A stretch of 64,000 nt of DNA from Chrysomallon squamiferum (taxonomy: Eukaryota; Animalia; Mollusca): contig CM022674.1 in the NCBI GenBank assembly GCA_012295275.1, positions 11,036,001 through 11,100,000 of the forward strand, given 5' to 3'. Within the stretch, counting starts at the first letter, position 1. The number at the start of each line of letters is the position of its first letter. A model generated the notes under the pieces. It worked only from the letters and a program-made list of their open reading frames with translations, was not told the DNA's origin and made no database searches. Position numbers and translations under genes: made by a program. Positions 1 to 14,161 of this stretch are shown in pieces.

Positions 1-2157
1 AAAGAGAAATGATTTCTAGGGAGTAAGGTGTCATAATATCCATGTTATCAGCAAAAATAATTAGCATGATTGTGAAATTTATATATTTTTATTATTGTTG
101 TTGTTTTTAATACAAGAGGGTTTATTTTTGTTTGTTTGTGTTGCAAAAATAAGAAAAATATTAGCCATGAAAATAGAGTTACACAAATATTATATCAGAA
201 TAAAAGCAGAAATATCAATATAAATAATAATAATAATGATAATAATAATTACACTTCTTTAGATTCTTTTTTGTTTGAACATCATCATAATCTAATTATC
301 ATCATCATTGTTATCATTATTATGTAACTGATTATTCTAGGAAACCATATACATTGCATTTTGATTTTTTAATAATTTATATCAATTCTAATTACTGAAT
401 AAAAATTCCCAACTTTCTTTAATATTATCAAATAAGTTTCATAAATTTCATTCTGTAGAGAAACATAATTTTGTAATGTCCTTGTGGCTAAATGCTTTTC
501 TCAGTAAAATCAAATTCTTAAAAAGTTTTTTTCTTTGGAAACATTAACTATAAAATTTTATAGCTTCAGGAAAAACTAATGATTGTTACCTGGGGTAACA
601 GGTGTGAACTGTGTTTGAAATTCAAATTAAACTTTCACAGAAACTCTGTATAGCAGCCATATTTAAATATTGTTAACTTAGGCACCATATGGTAAATTTG
701 CATAATTTTGATATCATTAAAAACAATGAATACAAATGGTAATGGAAATTGCTAAAAATGCAAATATTGTGAAAGATATTTAATTTTTATTGTTGGCATC
801 ATATCTTCTTTGATCTTTTTTCTGTTACGAAAATCTTTCAGCAGTGGGAATCTATTGTGAGAAAAAGAATATTCATTTTAAAACATCACAGTCAGTTAAT
901 ATATTAGCAGTAAGATATATTTTATGTAGACTTTCCCACAGACAGGAGAGTTCATAACATAATCACTGATAATTTAGCCACTGGGAGTTGGTTTAAATGG
1001 GATGTTTTAGTTACAGCTGACTCATATAAGTATGTAATGAGATAGTTACACAGACCTAGATTTGTTTTTTTCTTCCTGATTGTGTATTATTTAAGATTAC
1101 TCAGTGTTTGGTGTTTTACTCAGAATGCTGAGTCTTTTTTGACTCATTACTGTGACATCCCCTTCAGTTTTCATGACTTTTAAAAAGTATTGACTTTAAC
1201 CCTTTAAGCCACATAAATTAATAAATACATTTTTAAAGAATAATTTAAAAAAGAATACACTTTTAACTGTTTTAGTTTGTGTAAATTAAAGTGATTAAAA
1301 TTATTTCTGTAGTTTTTGAGTGTATTACTGTTAGCAGTTGTTAGATTTTAAACATTCTGTATTTGATGTATTCATTATAAAAAAAAGAAGAACAACAGAA
1401 AAAGTCTTCACAACTTGGGTTGCCCTTTTTTAATTGTTGTAAGGAAAATTCTATATCCACCTTCTCAGAAAGGAAAAACACAGAAACAGCACTTTGACTG
1501 AACTGGCAAAGAAAATTATTTTACTGAATGATTTGTTATTTCATCATACTTCATAAATTTATTTTAATATTACTTTAACAAAGTTTACAGTTTATTTTAA
1601 GAAACAAGCAGCATTTTTTTATTTGTAATTAATATTATTTTAAACAAAAATAGAAGTGGAAAGAAATTTAGTTTTTCTCATAAAGGTTAAGTATAGCATG
1701 TCAATTAAAACTGGCATGACATGAAACCACCATTCTGATTGGTTGATAAGAATCACCTGTTTAAACAATTTCCATTGGCTGACTGTTATCATCTGATATG
1801 AGGTCAGAGTTCACAGAGTAATAGCATCAGTTAAATTGTATATTGTTTTATAATCAGATAATCTGAACTTAGACACAGATGGTTCATGTATGATTGTTGT
1901 GTTTTTTATTCTGTTTCAGATACTGAAAATTGTTTTTAATCATGTATAATCAAGGCCTTTAGATTACTGACACAAATTCTCACAGATACAGGCTAATAAA
2001 TATTCAGAATAAACATATAAACAAATAAACAGACACATGCACACAAACAATGTTTAGTTATACATACATACATATATGTATCATGTAGATAGACATATAT
2101 GTATAGAAAACTATGATAAGAAAATGCAAAAAAGTAAATATATTAATTGAAAAGTAA

Positions 2158-2188
<31 letters not shown>

Positions 2189-2332
2189 CAGTACAAAAGA
2201 CAAACCAACTGGACACATGACATTTGTTTGACATCCTGTTAACAACTGAAACATTTCGTAAGTTTTGTGTAAACCTAGAAAGGGTGAGAACCAGGAACCA
2301 CAAAGCACTTTGTAAATAGAGACTGCACGTAC

Positions 2333-3225
2333 AGCAACTAGACACACCATACACAGCATATGTAGCAACTAGACACACCATACACAGCATATATAGTAAT
2401 AAGACATATCATACACAGCATATGTAGCAACTAGACACACCATACACAGCATATATAGCAACTAGAACACCACACACAGCATATGTAGCAACTAGACACA
2501 CCATACACAGCATATGTAGTAACTAGACACCATACACAGCATATATAGCAACTAGAACACCATACACAGCATATATAGTAACAAGACACACCATACACAG
2601 CATATGTAGTAACTAGACACACCATACACAGCATATGTAGTAACTAGACACACCATACACAGCATATATAGCAACTAGAACACCATACACAGCATATATA
2701 GTAACTAGACACACCATACACAGCATATATAGCAACTAGAACACCATACACAGCATATATAGCAACTAGAACACCATACACAGCATATGTAGTAACTAGA
2801 CACAGCATATATAGTAACAAGACACACCATACACAGCATATGTAGTAACTAGACACACCATACACAGCATATATAGTAACTAGACACACCATACACAGCA
2901 TATGTAGTAACTAGACACACCATACACAGCATATGTAGTAACTAGACACACCATACACAGCATATGTAGTAACTAGACACACCATACACAGCATATGTAG
3001 TAACTAGACACACCATACACAGCATATGTAGTAACTAGACACACCATACACAGCATATGTAGCAACTAGACACACCATACACAGCATATGTAGTAACTAG
3101 ACACACCATACACAGCATATGTAGTAACTAGACACACCATACACAGCATATCTAGCATATGTAGTAATAGACACACCATACACAGCATATGTAGCAACTA
3201 GACACACCATACACTGTATATATAG
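2333..3225. repeat. 31-bp minisatellite, about 28 copies
   Basis: Unit g(c/t)aactagacacaccatacacagcatatgta, with degenerate tail to about 3300. Confidence 0.95.
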
Positions 3226-4502
3226 CAATAGGATAAATCATACTCTGCTGATATGGCAACAGGATAAAAAACATACTTTACATATGTAGGAATAGGATAT
3301 AAAATTTTCTCTCTCTAATATAGGATATATAATTTACTTTTTATATATGTTATAGGATACTTAAAACATACAGGACATAAAATGTCCTCTGTATGTAGAG
3401 TATGTTTTAAAATCTGAATAGTATATATGTAATATAGAATATGTGTATGTCTGTGTGTGTGTGTCCACACACACATATATATATATACAGTATATCAAAT
3501 AGGAATTAAATAAAATACATATATAACAAAACAACAGAAGTGATGAATGAAAGGTGTGAGTTGATTGGTCACATCCTGTTAACACTTCCACAGCTGATGA
3601 CACACTAACATACTTACTCAGTTACTAACTAGCTTAGTTAACTGTTCAAGTTTGTGACGTCATAATTTGTAGATGTAAAGAACGTGCCATACAAAAGCAC
3701 ACAGACAAAATAAACATAGAAAACTTGTATGGAAACATGCACATGCACATATGCAAACTCACAAATGTCCATCTTCATCTGTTACCATGGTGACTTGTAT
3801 AAGATTAAAGCAAATAATTATTATCGTTATTATTATTATTTTATGACAGGCTACTTGTATGAAATCAATTCTGTTATCTTCAGAGCAAATCATTATCTTT
3901 ATAATTTGTTTACTGAGATTCATTCGTGCAGTTCACTTAGTAATAATCAATAAAGAAATAAATAAAAAGAAGTAATAGGAAGTAAATTTTAGCTGAATGA
4001 TTTCTCAAAACATTATAAAATTAATCTTTATTAGATTATGTGTGCCGGTTTTTGGTTATTGTTTTCTTTTAATGCTTTGGTGATAATGGTATGATGATAA
4101 AACATGATAATGATACAATACATTTGATGATAATTATATCCTGATATAATTATACAATACAGATGCTGATAATCATAATCATGGTAATACAGTATGATGA
4201 TTACATGAAGATTTGTTTGGTGATAATGATACTGCATGAAAATACTTTTACTGATAAATGATAAGATAATACACTTGATGATAATGATATGGTTTAGTTT
4301 TACTTTATAGTCATTAATTTGATTATGCATTTATTTCATTTATAACATGGCTCCAGATTTGTGTAGATGTTTGAAATTCACCTATTTAATGATATATATA
4401 TGTGTGTGTGTGTGTGTAATTGTTATTGTTATATTATATATATACTGATAAACACATATACATATATGTAATAACATAAATACAATATCATTAAATCATA
4501 CA

Positions 4503-4534
<32 letters not shown>

Positions 4535-4559
4535 ACACACAATGCAATGCATACATAAG

Positions 4560-4905
4560 TACATACATACATAAATACAAACAAATACACATTTCCATCC
4601 ATACATACATACAACACACACAGACATGAACATACTAAAGTTATTCACAGAAACTGTATATGTATGTCTGCACACACACACACACACACATACATACATA
4701 CACACACACACATATACAGATATCCATACATACATACAACACACATATACAGACACACACAGACATTAACATACCAAAGTTATTCACAGAAACTGTACAT
4801 GTATGTCTGCACACACACACACACACACATGCACACACATGCACACACACGAACACACACACATATACACACACGCACACTCACAGACATTGTTCACAGA
4901 GACAG
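4560..4905. repeat. About 140-bp imperfect tandem duplication embedded in CA repeats
   Basis: aaagttattcacagaaactgta(t/c)atgtatgtctgcacacac at 4637 and 4777. Confidence 0.8.
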
Positions 4906-5173
4906 TGAACATTTAATGTCTAACAACACATAGAGACATAGTTGGATGATGAAATACTAATTATGACATCTGTTACCTGCTGTGGTGTTTGATGTGAATG
5001 AAAATAAAGTTCTGTGATGACGTAGTCTTCACATTGGGCTAGCTAACTGCAAATGCCATGCACACACTGAGTTTACTTGTACAGGTGTGGTTGAAGTGAC
5101 TCTGCATTGTGACAGTGTGAACCAGTGTACTTAGTCTGTGGTTGTTATCACGTACTCTGTTGTTATACCAGCA

Positions 5174-5193
5174 ATGAAGCGGTTTGTAAACAG
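5174..5193 (+). CDS. NADK: Candidate alternative first coding mini-exon of NADK (MKRFVNR)
   Basis: ATG AAG CGG TTT GTA AAC AG|gtaagg. Strong donor, and phase 2 matches the acceptor at 11782. Confidence 0.5.
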
Positions 5194-5226
5194 GTAAGGT
5201 TTATTGTTGTTACTTTGTGAGCATGT

Positions 5227-5262
<36 letters not shown>

Positions 5263-6133
5263 TATATGTGTTTATATGTCCTGTGTGTGTGTATATATGT
5301 AGAGTATCTGTATTTTGTTGTGAATGTGTATATGTATGTATGTATGTATGTATGTATATATTTGTGTGTGAGTGTTATGTGTGTTTGTATGTAGGTATGT
5401 GTGTATACATATAGAGCATATATATTTCTTGTGTGTGTGTATATGTACATAGTTTTCTCTGTTCTCTGTGTGTGTGAATGTGAGAGAGAGAACACAGATA
5501 AATAAATGGATGGATGGATGGATGGATGGCTGTATAGTCAGATAAATATATACTAGATAAATATAGATAGATATAGACAAACATCAGTAGATAGGTAGGT
5601 AAGTAGATAGATGTTTGAAGATTATTTTATGTAATATTTAAGTAGAAAGGGTGTGTTTGTCAGCTATTGGTTAATTGTCTGTGAAATTCACATAAAACTG
5701 AAATATGTGAATGTTGTTATAATTTGAATTTCAAATACATCGACTGTTAGATTGTTTATATTTTATTGCATGCATTATACAAGTGAAATTTTTCATTTCT
5801 GCTCATAACCCAGTGGTTATACAACTTTGTAAATTTATCCTCTCTTTCTGTCTGTCTGTCTGTCACTTTCTCTCTCTCTCACACACACATACACACAAAC
5901 ACACAAACATGTACACACATTTAAGTATATATATATATGTGTGTATATGTTTTTCAAGTGTTTAAATCACATTATTAAGTTAAGTTTTATACTGTATTTG
6001 TGTATGTGAGAGTGTAATTCAAACACACAAGTGTTTGCTAAATAAATATAAACAATATTAAAGAAACTAAATTGTTTATTTTAATAAATTTAGCAAACTT
6101 TTATATTGCAGATATATTATGAAGAGATGTTTA

Positions 6134-6170
<37 letters not shown>

Positions 6171-7459
6171 TCTTTACCACTGTATAATCTAACAACATAA
6201 TAATTAATTTTTCACTCTATATTCTTGTGTATATGAGTATAAACAAGTTGTTTGCAGTTTAAGCCTGGGAATAAGGACACACATCATTTCATTTTTCAGT
6301 ATATTTTTTTATTACTTATACAAACAGGACAGGACATGTACACAGAAATCTTGTTACAAACCTTTTCATTCAGTCATCTCGTGCATGGCTTGTCGTGACT
6401 GAAAACTTAAACAATCACAACATTGCCTCTGTGTCTGGATTCTGTGAATTTTATCCATGATTTCCAATGGCAATTGTATCATTTACCGTTGCAAGGAATA
6501 GTGGGTAATTTTCACTGTATGAATTCTCAGCCTCCATTGCAACATTTTTGTTAATTTTTCTAGCTGTACCTCCAATTTTACATGTTATAAGTTTATTTTT
6601 AATTATCATGTACCTTTAATATATAACATTATTTCTTCATTTTGAATTATCAAGCATCATTAAAATGTCATGCAACATTTTGAATTATACAGCTTTGAAA
6701 TATCATGACTTCTATTTGAATTATACTTTAGATGTCATGATATCATTTTGAATTATGTAACTTTAAAATATGACTTCTATTTGAATTATACTTTATCATT
6801 TTGAATTATAGCATTAAAATGTCATATTAGTTTGAATTATTCAACTTCAAAATGTGACAACTTCTGTTTGAATTATAGTTTAAAATATCTTGCGACATTT
6901 TCAATTATGATATCATTTTTAATTTGACAAAATGTGTTTATCTATGCATGTTTGTTTTCATGTTCAGTCAGCTGTTTTATAAGTTACTCTAAATTACCCA
7001 GTTATTAAGTATAATTAAGTGTTCAGCTGTAAAGTTGTAAGTTATTGGAGAAGAAAACCGCAGTAAAAGCTGATCTGTGACAGATGTTGCACACCACAGC
7101 TTGTTTTTTATTTAGTTCAATCACTGTGAAAGTATTTATTACACATAACTAACTCTAAACAGAGGGATTTTAATACAACACTAATTACAACTTGTTTAAA
7201 TGTAGGGTGAGTTAAATACACTTAATCTTCATGAGTTTGTTTATGTTTGTGTCTGTTTTTGTTTGTGTATGTGTGTGTGTGTATGCATGTGTGTATGTAT
7301 CTGTGTTGTGTATGTGTGTTGTGTGTGTATGTGTGTTGTGTTATGTATGTGTGTTGTGTGCTTGTGTATCTGTAAGAAGGTTTATTCGTATAATGTTATG
7401 CTTGTCTGTGTGTATTGTGTGTGTCTATGTGTGTATGTATGTGCACGCATGTGTGCACG

Positions 7460-8035
7460 CATGTGTATCTGTATAAGTCTGTTTTTAGTATGTATCTGTA
7501 TCAGTCTGTTTTTAGTATATATCTGTTTTTAGTATGTATCTGTATCATATCTGTTTTTAGTATGTATCTGTATAAGTCTGTTTTTAGTATATATCTGTTT
7601 TAAGTATGTTTTCTGTATATATCTGTTTTTAGTATGTATCTGTATATATCTGTTTTTAGTATGTATCTGTATATATCTGTTTTTAGTATGTATCTGTATA
7701 AGTCTGTTTTAGTACATATCTGTTTTTAGTATGTATCTGTATAAATCGGTTTTTAGTATGTATCTGTATAAATCGGTTTTTAGTATGTATCTGTATATAT
7801 CTATTTTTAGTATGTATCTGTATAAGTCTGTTTTAGTACATATCTGTTTTTAGTATGTATCTGTATAAATTGGTTTTTAGTATGTATCTGTATAAATTGG
7901 TTTTTAGTATGTATCTGTATAAATTGGTTTTTAGTATGTATCTGTATAATATCTGTTTTTAGTATTATCTGTATATATCTGTTTTTAGTATGTATCTGTA
8001 TATATCTGTTTTTAGTATGTATCTGTATATATCTG
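7460..8035. repeat. About 27-bp minisatellite, about 20 copies
   Basis: Unit tatctgtttttagtatgtatctgtata. Confidence 0.92.
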
Positions 8036-8419
8036 GTATGTATGTTTGTGTATCTGTGTCCATCTATCTGTCTTTAATAATTATTTGAAGAATCTTTCTC
8101 AGATATTTTTTGTTGCACAAAATATGATGAAAAGATAATTGACTTTTTTTTTTTTTTTTTTATTTATCAGTCTGGTAAAACAAAAAAAGATAAAAAAGAT
8201 AAAAAAAAGAAAAGAAAAGATTCATGAATTAAATATTATTCTAGTTTCCAGTAAATTAAACAAAAGTTTGATATTTGTCATGATTAAGTCATCAACTACT
8301 AAGTCAATAGTTTAAAAAAATCCTGTTCTCTTTCTTTTCTCTCTCTTGTCTTTACTTCCTTGACCACACATATAAATACATTAGTTGTGTATCTGATGGT
8401 TTTCAGCATTTCATGCAGG

Positions 8420-8463
8420 ATGTACAACACCCAAAGTGTTTGTCAGTTTGACAACATTTACAA
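8420..8463 (+). CDS. NADK: Candidate alternative first coding mini-exon of NADK (MYNTQSVCQFDNIYK)
   Basis: ATG at 8420, open for 44 nt to AA|gtaagt (consensus donor). Phase 2 matches 11782. Confidence 0.4.
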
Positions 8464-9365
8464 GTAAGTTTTTACACAACTTCGTGTAATATGTTTTTTA
8501 AATTTTAAAATATTTGGCAACTTCTTGTTAATGAAGGAAGGATATTGATATAAAATTATCTTGCAGGTTAATATTTTAAAAATTTTGTTGTGTTTATTGG
8601 GTATGGAAAATCTGATTTTATGTTCTCTAAATTACTGTTCTGTTTCTTCTATTTTTCTTTTCTTTTTTCTCGCCATTTTCTCATTCTACTTCTTTCTTTC
8701 TCACCTTCTTTTTCTCTGTCATGCAGTTCTTTCTGTTTCACAAATGTACACAAAAACATGCAATACACATACATAAATACTGATATAACAAAAAGAAAAA
8801 CATACCAAAACACACACATACATAAGCACAAACACAAAACACACACACACACATATACACATTTACACAAACGTTTACACAAAAAAAACACCTACACACC
8901 CATACATTTGGAAAGTACCTTCAACACAGTAACATCATTACATTAAATAAATAGGTCATTTAGATCAATTACTTAAAATAGACGCCAAGTATTTTCCGGG
9001 GTTTGAGCCAATTAGAATATTCCTTTGATCACAGTATATTAAAAAACCAGTCTAGCAATCAATAAATGTTGACACAGTGATAGACAAAGAAAACGTTTCT
9101 CTTTTTTTTTATACACAGACCTTACCTGTCGTTTTTGGAAACGCAAAATGTTTTCATGGAAATACTGTGAGAAGATTTTCTTGTTTGTATCTTAAAAATG
9201 TTATTTTTGTTCAGTAATATTTCAGTGTGAGCATGATACATTTGCTTGAACCTTCAGTTAATATATATCTGTAAAATGTGTATGTTATATATACATGTAT
9301 TATATTTAAGTTTGTGTATATTTATGTATATTTATGTATGTTTTTATATCATGTATAAAAGTATG

Positions 9366-9439
<74 letters not shown>

Positions 9440-10022
9440 TATCATACTATATTAATTTGGTGGTTTTCATGCTCAGTGAAAAGCTGTTTGATTATAATTT
9501 ATATCTGCTTCTTGTCTACAGTGAAGTGCTTAATACTATTTATGTTACTGCTAATTAAAAAAAAGAATAGTCCACGCTTAATATCAGCTGGTTTCATTTA
9601 TTATTATTTGTATATTACTGTTAACTGTAGATTACGAATGTGTTGAGTGCATCATTAAACTTGAAGAAATGTATGATTCTTCCTTCCTTGTTATAAAAAT
9701 AGATAGCTACTGGATAAAAGCTTCATTATGATTGGTGACATTAATACAGGTCTCATGCAGGTGACAAACGATTCATTGCATTCATAAAAGCCAGGTAATG
9801 GCCATTACGTGCAATGAAATAAAAAGATTAACATACATTCTAGTACAAATATAAATAAATCTGTTTGAATTATGAAATAAAACATAAATTTAGTGTACCA
9901 GTAGATTAAAAAACTTGTGTGATGTCTGGTGGATCAAGCAGTTAATGCTCATTATTACAAAAACTGTGCTCTGATGTGGGTTAGAACAGGAAAACATCGC
10001 AAGAATCAAAGATTCATCTAAA

Positions 10023-10060
10023 ATGCATCATGGAGTTAATGCCAGTGGCATCCGTTTGAG
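10023..10060 (+). CDS. NADK: Candidate alternative first coding mini-exon of NADK (MHHGVNASGIRLR)
   Basis: aaaATG at 10023, 38 nt to GAG|gtaata. Phase 2 matches 11782. Confidence 0.3.
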
Positions 10061-10494
10061 GTAATACTTTCCTAACAACAAACTTCAGTGGTATTTGGGT
10101 AAATCATGGATACAGACATCATAAATGCAATTTAGCTACTGACAAACATGACTGTGAAAACAAAATCAACTAGTTTAGTCCATGGTGTTTTTGGTGAGAT
10201 TAACTGAAAGCATTTTTTTTTATTTGTAATAATCGTTTACATAACATTAAAAAACACAAAGGAACTGCCAACCCAGGATTAGCATGTTAAAACTCATTCA
10301 TGTGCAGTGGACCATGTGTCTCTTGTAACAGGTTGGTCAAAGACCTGCAGTGGTCACACATGGCTGAAATCTTGCTTAACTATTAGACAATAATTTTATA
10401 AAAGTAATATTTAATAATGTATCGCAATTTTAATCTTTGTTTTACTTCTGCAGTTTGCTGGTTTGATGAACATTTCAGCTGTTCTCTACAAATA

Positions 10495-10601
10495 ACTGTT
10501 CTAGTTGTACCTTACAAAGAACTGTGTTCTAGTTGTATCTTATACAGAACTGTGTTCTAGTTGTATCTTACACAGAACTGTTCTAGTTGTGCCTTACAAA
10601 G
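10495..10601. repeat. 26-28-bp tandem repeat, 4 copies
   Basis: ctg(tg)ttctagttgta(c/t)cttacaaagaa. Confidence 0.85.
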
Positions 10602-11781
10602 ACATTAGAATTTTAATACATTAGTTACACAGACAAAATCATAGAAATAGATATGTCATTAATGTGAATACTGAAATTTTATAAATGTGACATTAAAGTG
10701 AACAACTTGATTTTTTTGTTAACTTTATGATCCATGGTTTGGGTGTGTGTAAATATATGTGCATGTTATTTGTTATCAGATATAAATATTTTATTGAATA
10801 AATACAGATTTATTTTGTTATTTGATCTGAAGTATAAGCATCTATGTCTATGTTGTGTACAGACCTTAGTAAAAATATTCAGATGCAACCAAAATGTTAT
10901 TTAAAAAAAAAAAAAAAAAATATAATATACTGAGACAAGTTTTTTTTCTCTTTATCTAGGCTGTATGTGTATGTGTGTGTATTTATGTTTGTGCATGCAC
11001 ATACAGTGTATACATATACATGTACACACACACACACACACACACATTTAATTAGTCCTGTTGGTGCCTACTACATCGTTACATCAGGTGGTTCAATGCT
11101 TTTAATACTGATAAACCATCAAAGGTCACATTGCTGTCAGACAGCCACCCATATTAATAATGTTCAGTTAAATTATTTACCTTGATTATAAATAATACAG
11201 GTGCTAATTAAGATGTTTTTCTGAAGAAGAAATCTACATTTGACCAGACGTGTGTTGATAAAGTGCTTCTTTTTATTTAACCCCAAACAGCTGACTCTGT
11301 GCCACATAAAATTTGCCACATGTTAATTTTGATATGCAATGAAATACATAAAATACATGATACAGTTTACATGATAATACAGAATGAAGTGTCATACATA
11401 AAACAGATAATATCACTGACATTTCATACATATACAAAAATAAAAGAATTAATTGCTACTACATTGTACAGCCTTAAAATATCTGTTTATATATCTTTAT
11501 TTATTTACTTATTTATTAACATGTTTGTTTGTTTATCTGTTTATTTATTTACTTATTTGTCTGTCTATCTGTATTACTTATCTGTTTATCTATCTAGATT
11601 ATATTTAGTTATTTACATAATCTATCTATAATCTATCTATATATAGCTATCTGTTTATCTATCTATCTCTGTATCTATCTATATCTAGTTATCTATCTAT
11701 CTATATCTGTCTATCTATCTATATAACTATCTGTCTGTCTACATACCTGTATTTATGTATTTGTTTATTTGTGTATTTCAG

Positions 11782-12927
11782 AAACATTCCTGACCCAGCC
11801 TGTCAGCGACTGCATTGGAACAAACCTCCAGTCTCTGTTCTCGTTGTGAGAAAAATCAACGATGACGCTGTTGTCATTCCTTTCAGAAACCTCCTTATAT
11901 GGTTAATAGAGGTCAGTCTTACTGCCGTTGTTGTTGTGGTTGTTGTTGTTGTGTCACTGTTTTCTGCTATGACTACTTTATTTATTATTATTGTTACTGT
12001 CATTATTATTGTGTTATTATTACTGATGTTGTAGTTGTTGTTGCTGCTTTTGTTGTTATTGACGTAATTGTTATTAGTAGTATTTTATCAGATTTTTTAA
12101 ATTATTATTATTATTATTATTATTAGCATCATCATCATCATCATCATCATCATTATCATCACCATAATCATCATCATAATTCAAATCATTTTTATTATTT
12201 CATTCTTTATATTTTTATTGTTATTTTAATTATTCAGTTTTCTTTTCTGTATTATTATAATAATTAGTTAACCAACATATTGATCGTTTTTTTATTGATT
12301 TTTTTATTGATTTTTTTTATTAAGGTTCTTACAACATTAATTAGTTTGATTTTGTTGTAATTTCAAAATTATTTTAGAGTTGACATCAGTAGAACAAACA
12401 GGCTTACAAAAGTTCATTAAAATTTCATATTTGTTTTATGCATTGACTATGGTTACCTGAAACTAAATGAAACAAAGACAGACACATTGGGGATGTTTTT
12501 GTGTTGTCACATAAAAGATGCTCAGTCATGCATGAACATTAGCATAGGTTGGAAAGGGAAAACAAAGACTAATCCATGAAACTGAGAACTGAAGAAACTC
12601 GAAACACCACAGTAAAATCTAATCTGTTACACCATAGAGGGTATGATGCTCCATTGATGTGTGTTAGAACTGGAAAACATGGGAACCTTAGATTCTTTTA
12701 TACCACAGAGATTATGTTCATTCAGGCGTTATTGTTGCTTGGAACTAGAAAACAGTAATTCAGAAGGACCCTGGTGACATGATATATATAATTAACTAGT
12801 CAGATAGAGATACTAATACAGGTTAGATTGGGAAAATTGTTCAACACAGCAGTTCTGGTTTTGTATTGGCTTATTCCAAGTTTTATCCAGAAACTAAATA
12901 TCTTGTTTAGGTTTATTAAAGATTATT

Positions 12928-12964
<37 letters not shown>

Positions 12965-13256
12965 CCATTATCACCATCATTATAATCATCATTATTCTGC
13001 TACTATTGTGACTATTATTACTATTGCAACTACTTCTACTACTACTGTAATATTCTACCACAGCTACTTCTTCTACTACTACCATTATTACTGCTACTGC
13101 AGCTACTACCACTACTATTACAATAAACATCTTTACCAATATCAACATCATCATCACCATTATCATGCTCATTATCATTACTGCTGCTGCTATTAGTGTT
13201 ATTTTTATGACTGCAATAATATTTTAGCAAAATCATGATTATTATTATTATTTTTA

Positions 13257-13317
<61 letters not shown>

Positions 13318-14111
13318 TATTTATTTTATTTTATTTATTTATTTATTTTTTTTGTTTTTCCAGGAGAAGGACATGGTTGTGTTTGTTGAGTCAACCATGT
13401 TGGATGAACCAGTCTGTTCAGATGAGGAATTTCAGAAAATTGTCAAGAAGGTCCATACTTTTAAAGAAGGTAAGCCAACATGATGCTGTTGCTGTTGTTG
13501 ATGTTGATGTTGTTTGATTGGTGATTATGTTTGACACAGATATGAGTTTAATAAGTAATAGGATACACAATTTGTGATTTTAGATGAGGAGAAGCTGACA
13601 GATAAAATTGACTTCATTGTTTGTCTGGGGGGAGATGGAACTTTGCTGTATGTTTCATCTTTGTTTCAGGTATTTTTATTATACAATTTGTGTTTTTCAT
13701 CATTTTATTTAAAATATTACTTGCCTATTTCTTTCTGTGTATGTGAATGTGTGATTGTGTCAGGTGTATATATGTTGTGTGTAAACATACATACATACAC
13801 ATACACATATATACAACAGAAACACATACATATATGTAGTCTGTATGTTTAGAGAGTTTAATATGTGTGTGTGTTTGTGTTTGTGTGTGTGTGTGTTTGA
13901 GTGTGTGTGTGTGTGTGTGGATACAAACTTATACATACACACAAACAGAAAGGAAATACATTTTTATGTTATATACTTGAATGTTAACTGATGACCAAAA
14001 TGAAAAAATGTGTACCTCCAATTGATCATTCTCTGTCAGACACTAACAAACTGTACAAACACTGACACTTAGTAAATCATTCAGAATTGAATTGTTTTTT
14101 TTTCCTTGTAC

Positions 14112-14161
<50 letters not shown>

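Noticed and set aside
7460-8045. tttttag/gtatgt motifs in the 27-bp array as a NADK micro-exon array
   Set aside because: It grades out of a TG/TA microsatellite, and the possible terminal 20-nt micro-exon with its ATG ends in phase 1, incompatible with 11782.
9920-9995. Possible tRNA or SINE head (A/B-box-like motifs; similar 24-mer at about 12657)
   Set aside because: Too degenerate. I could not fold a cloverleaf or identify TSDs.
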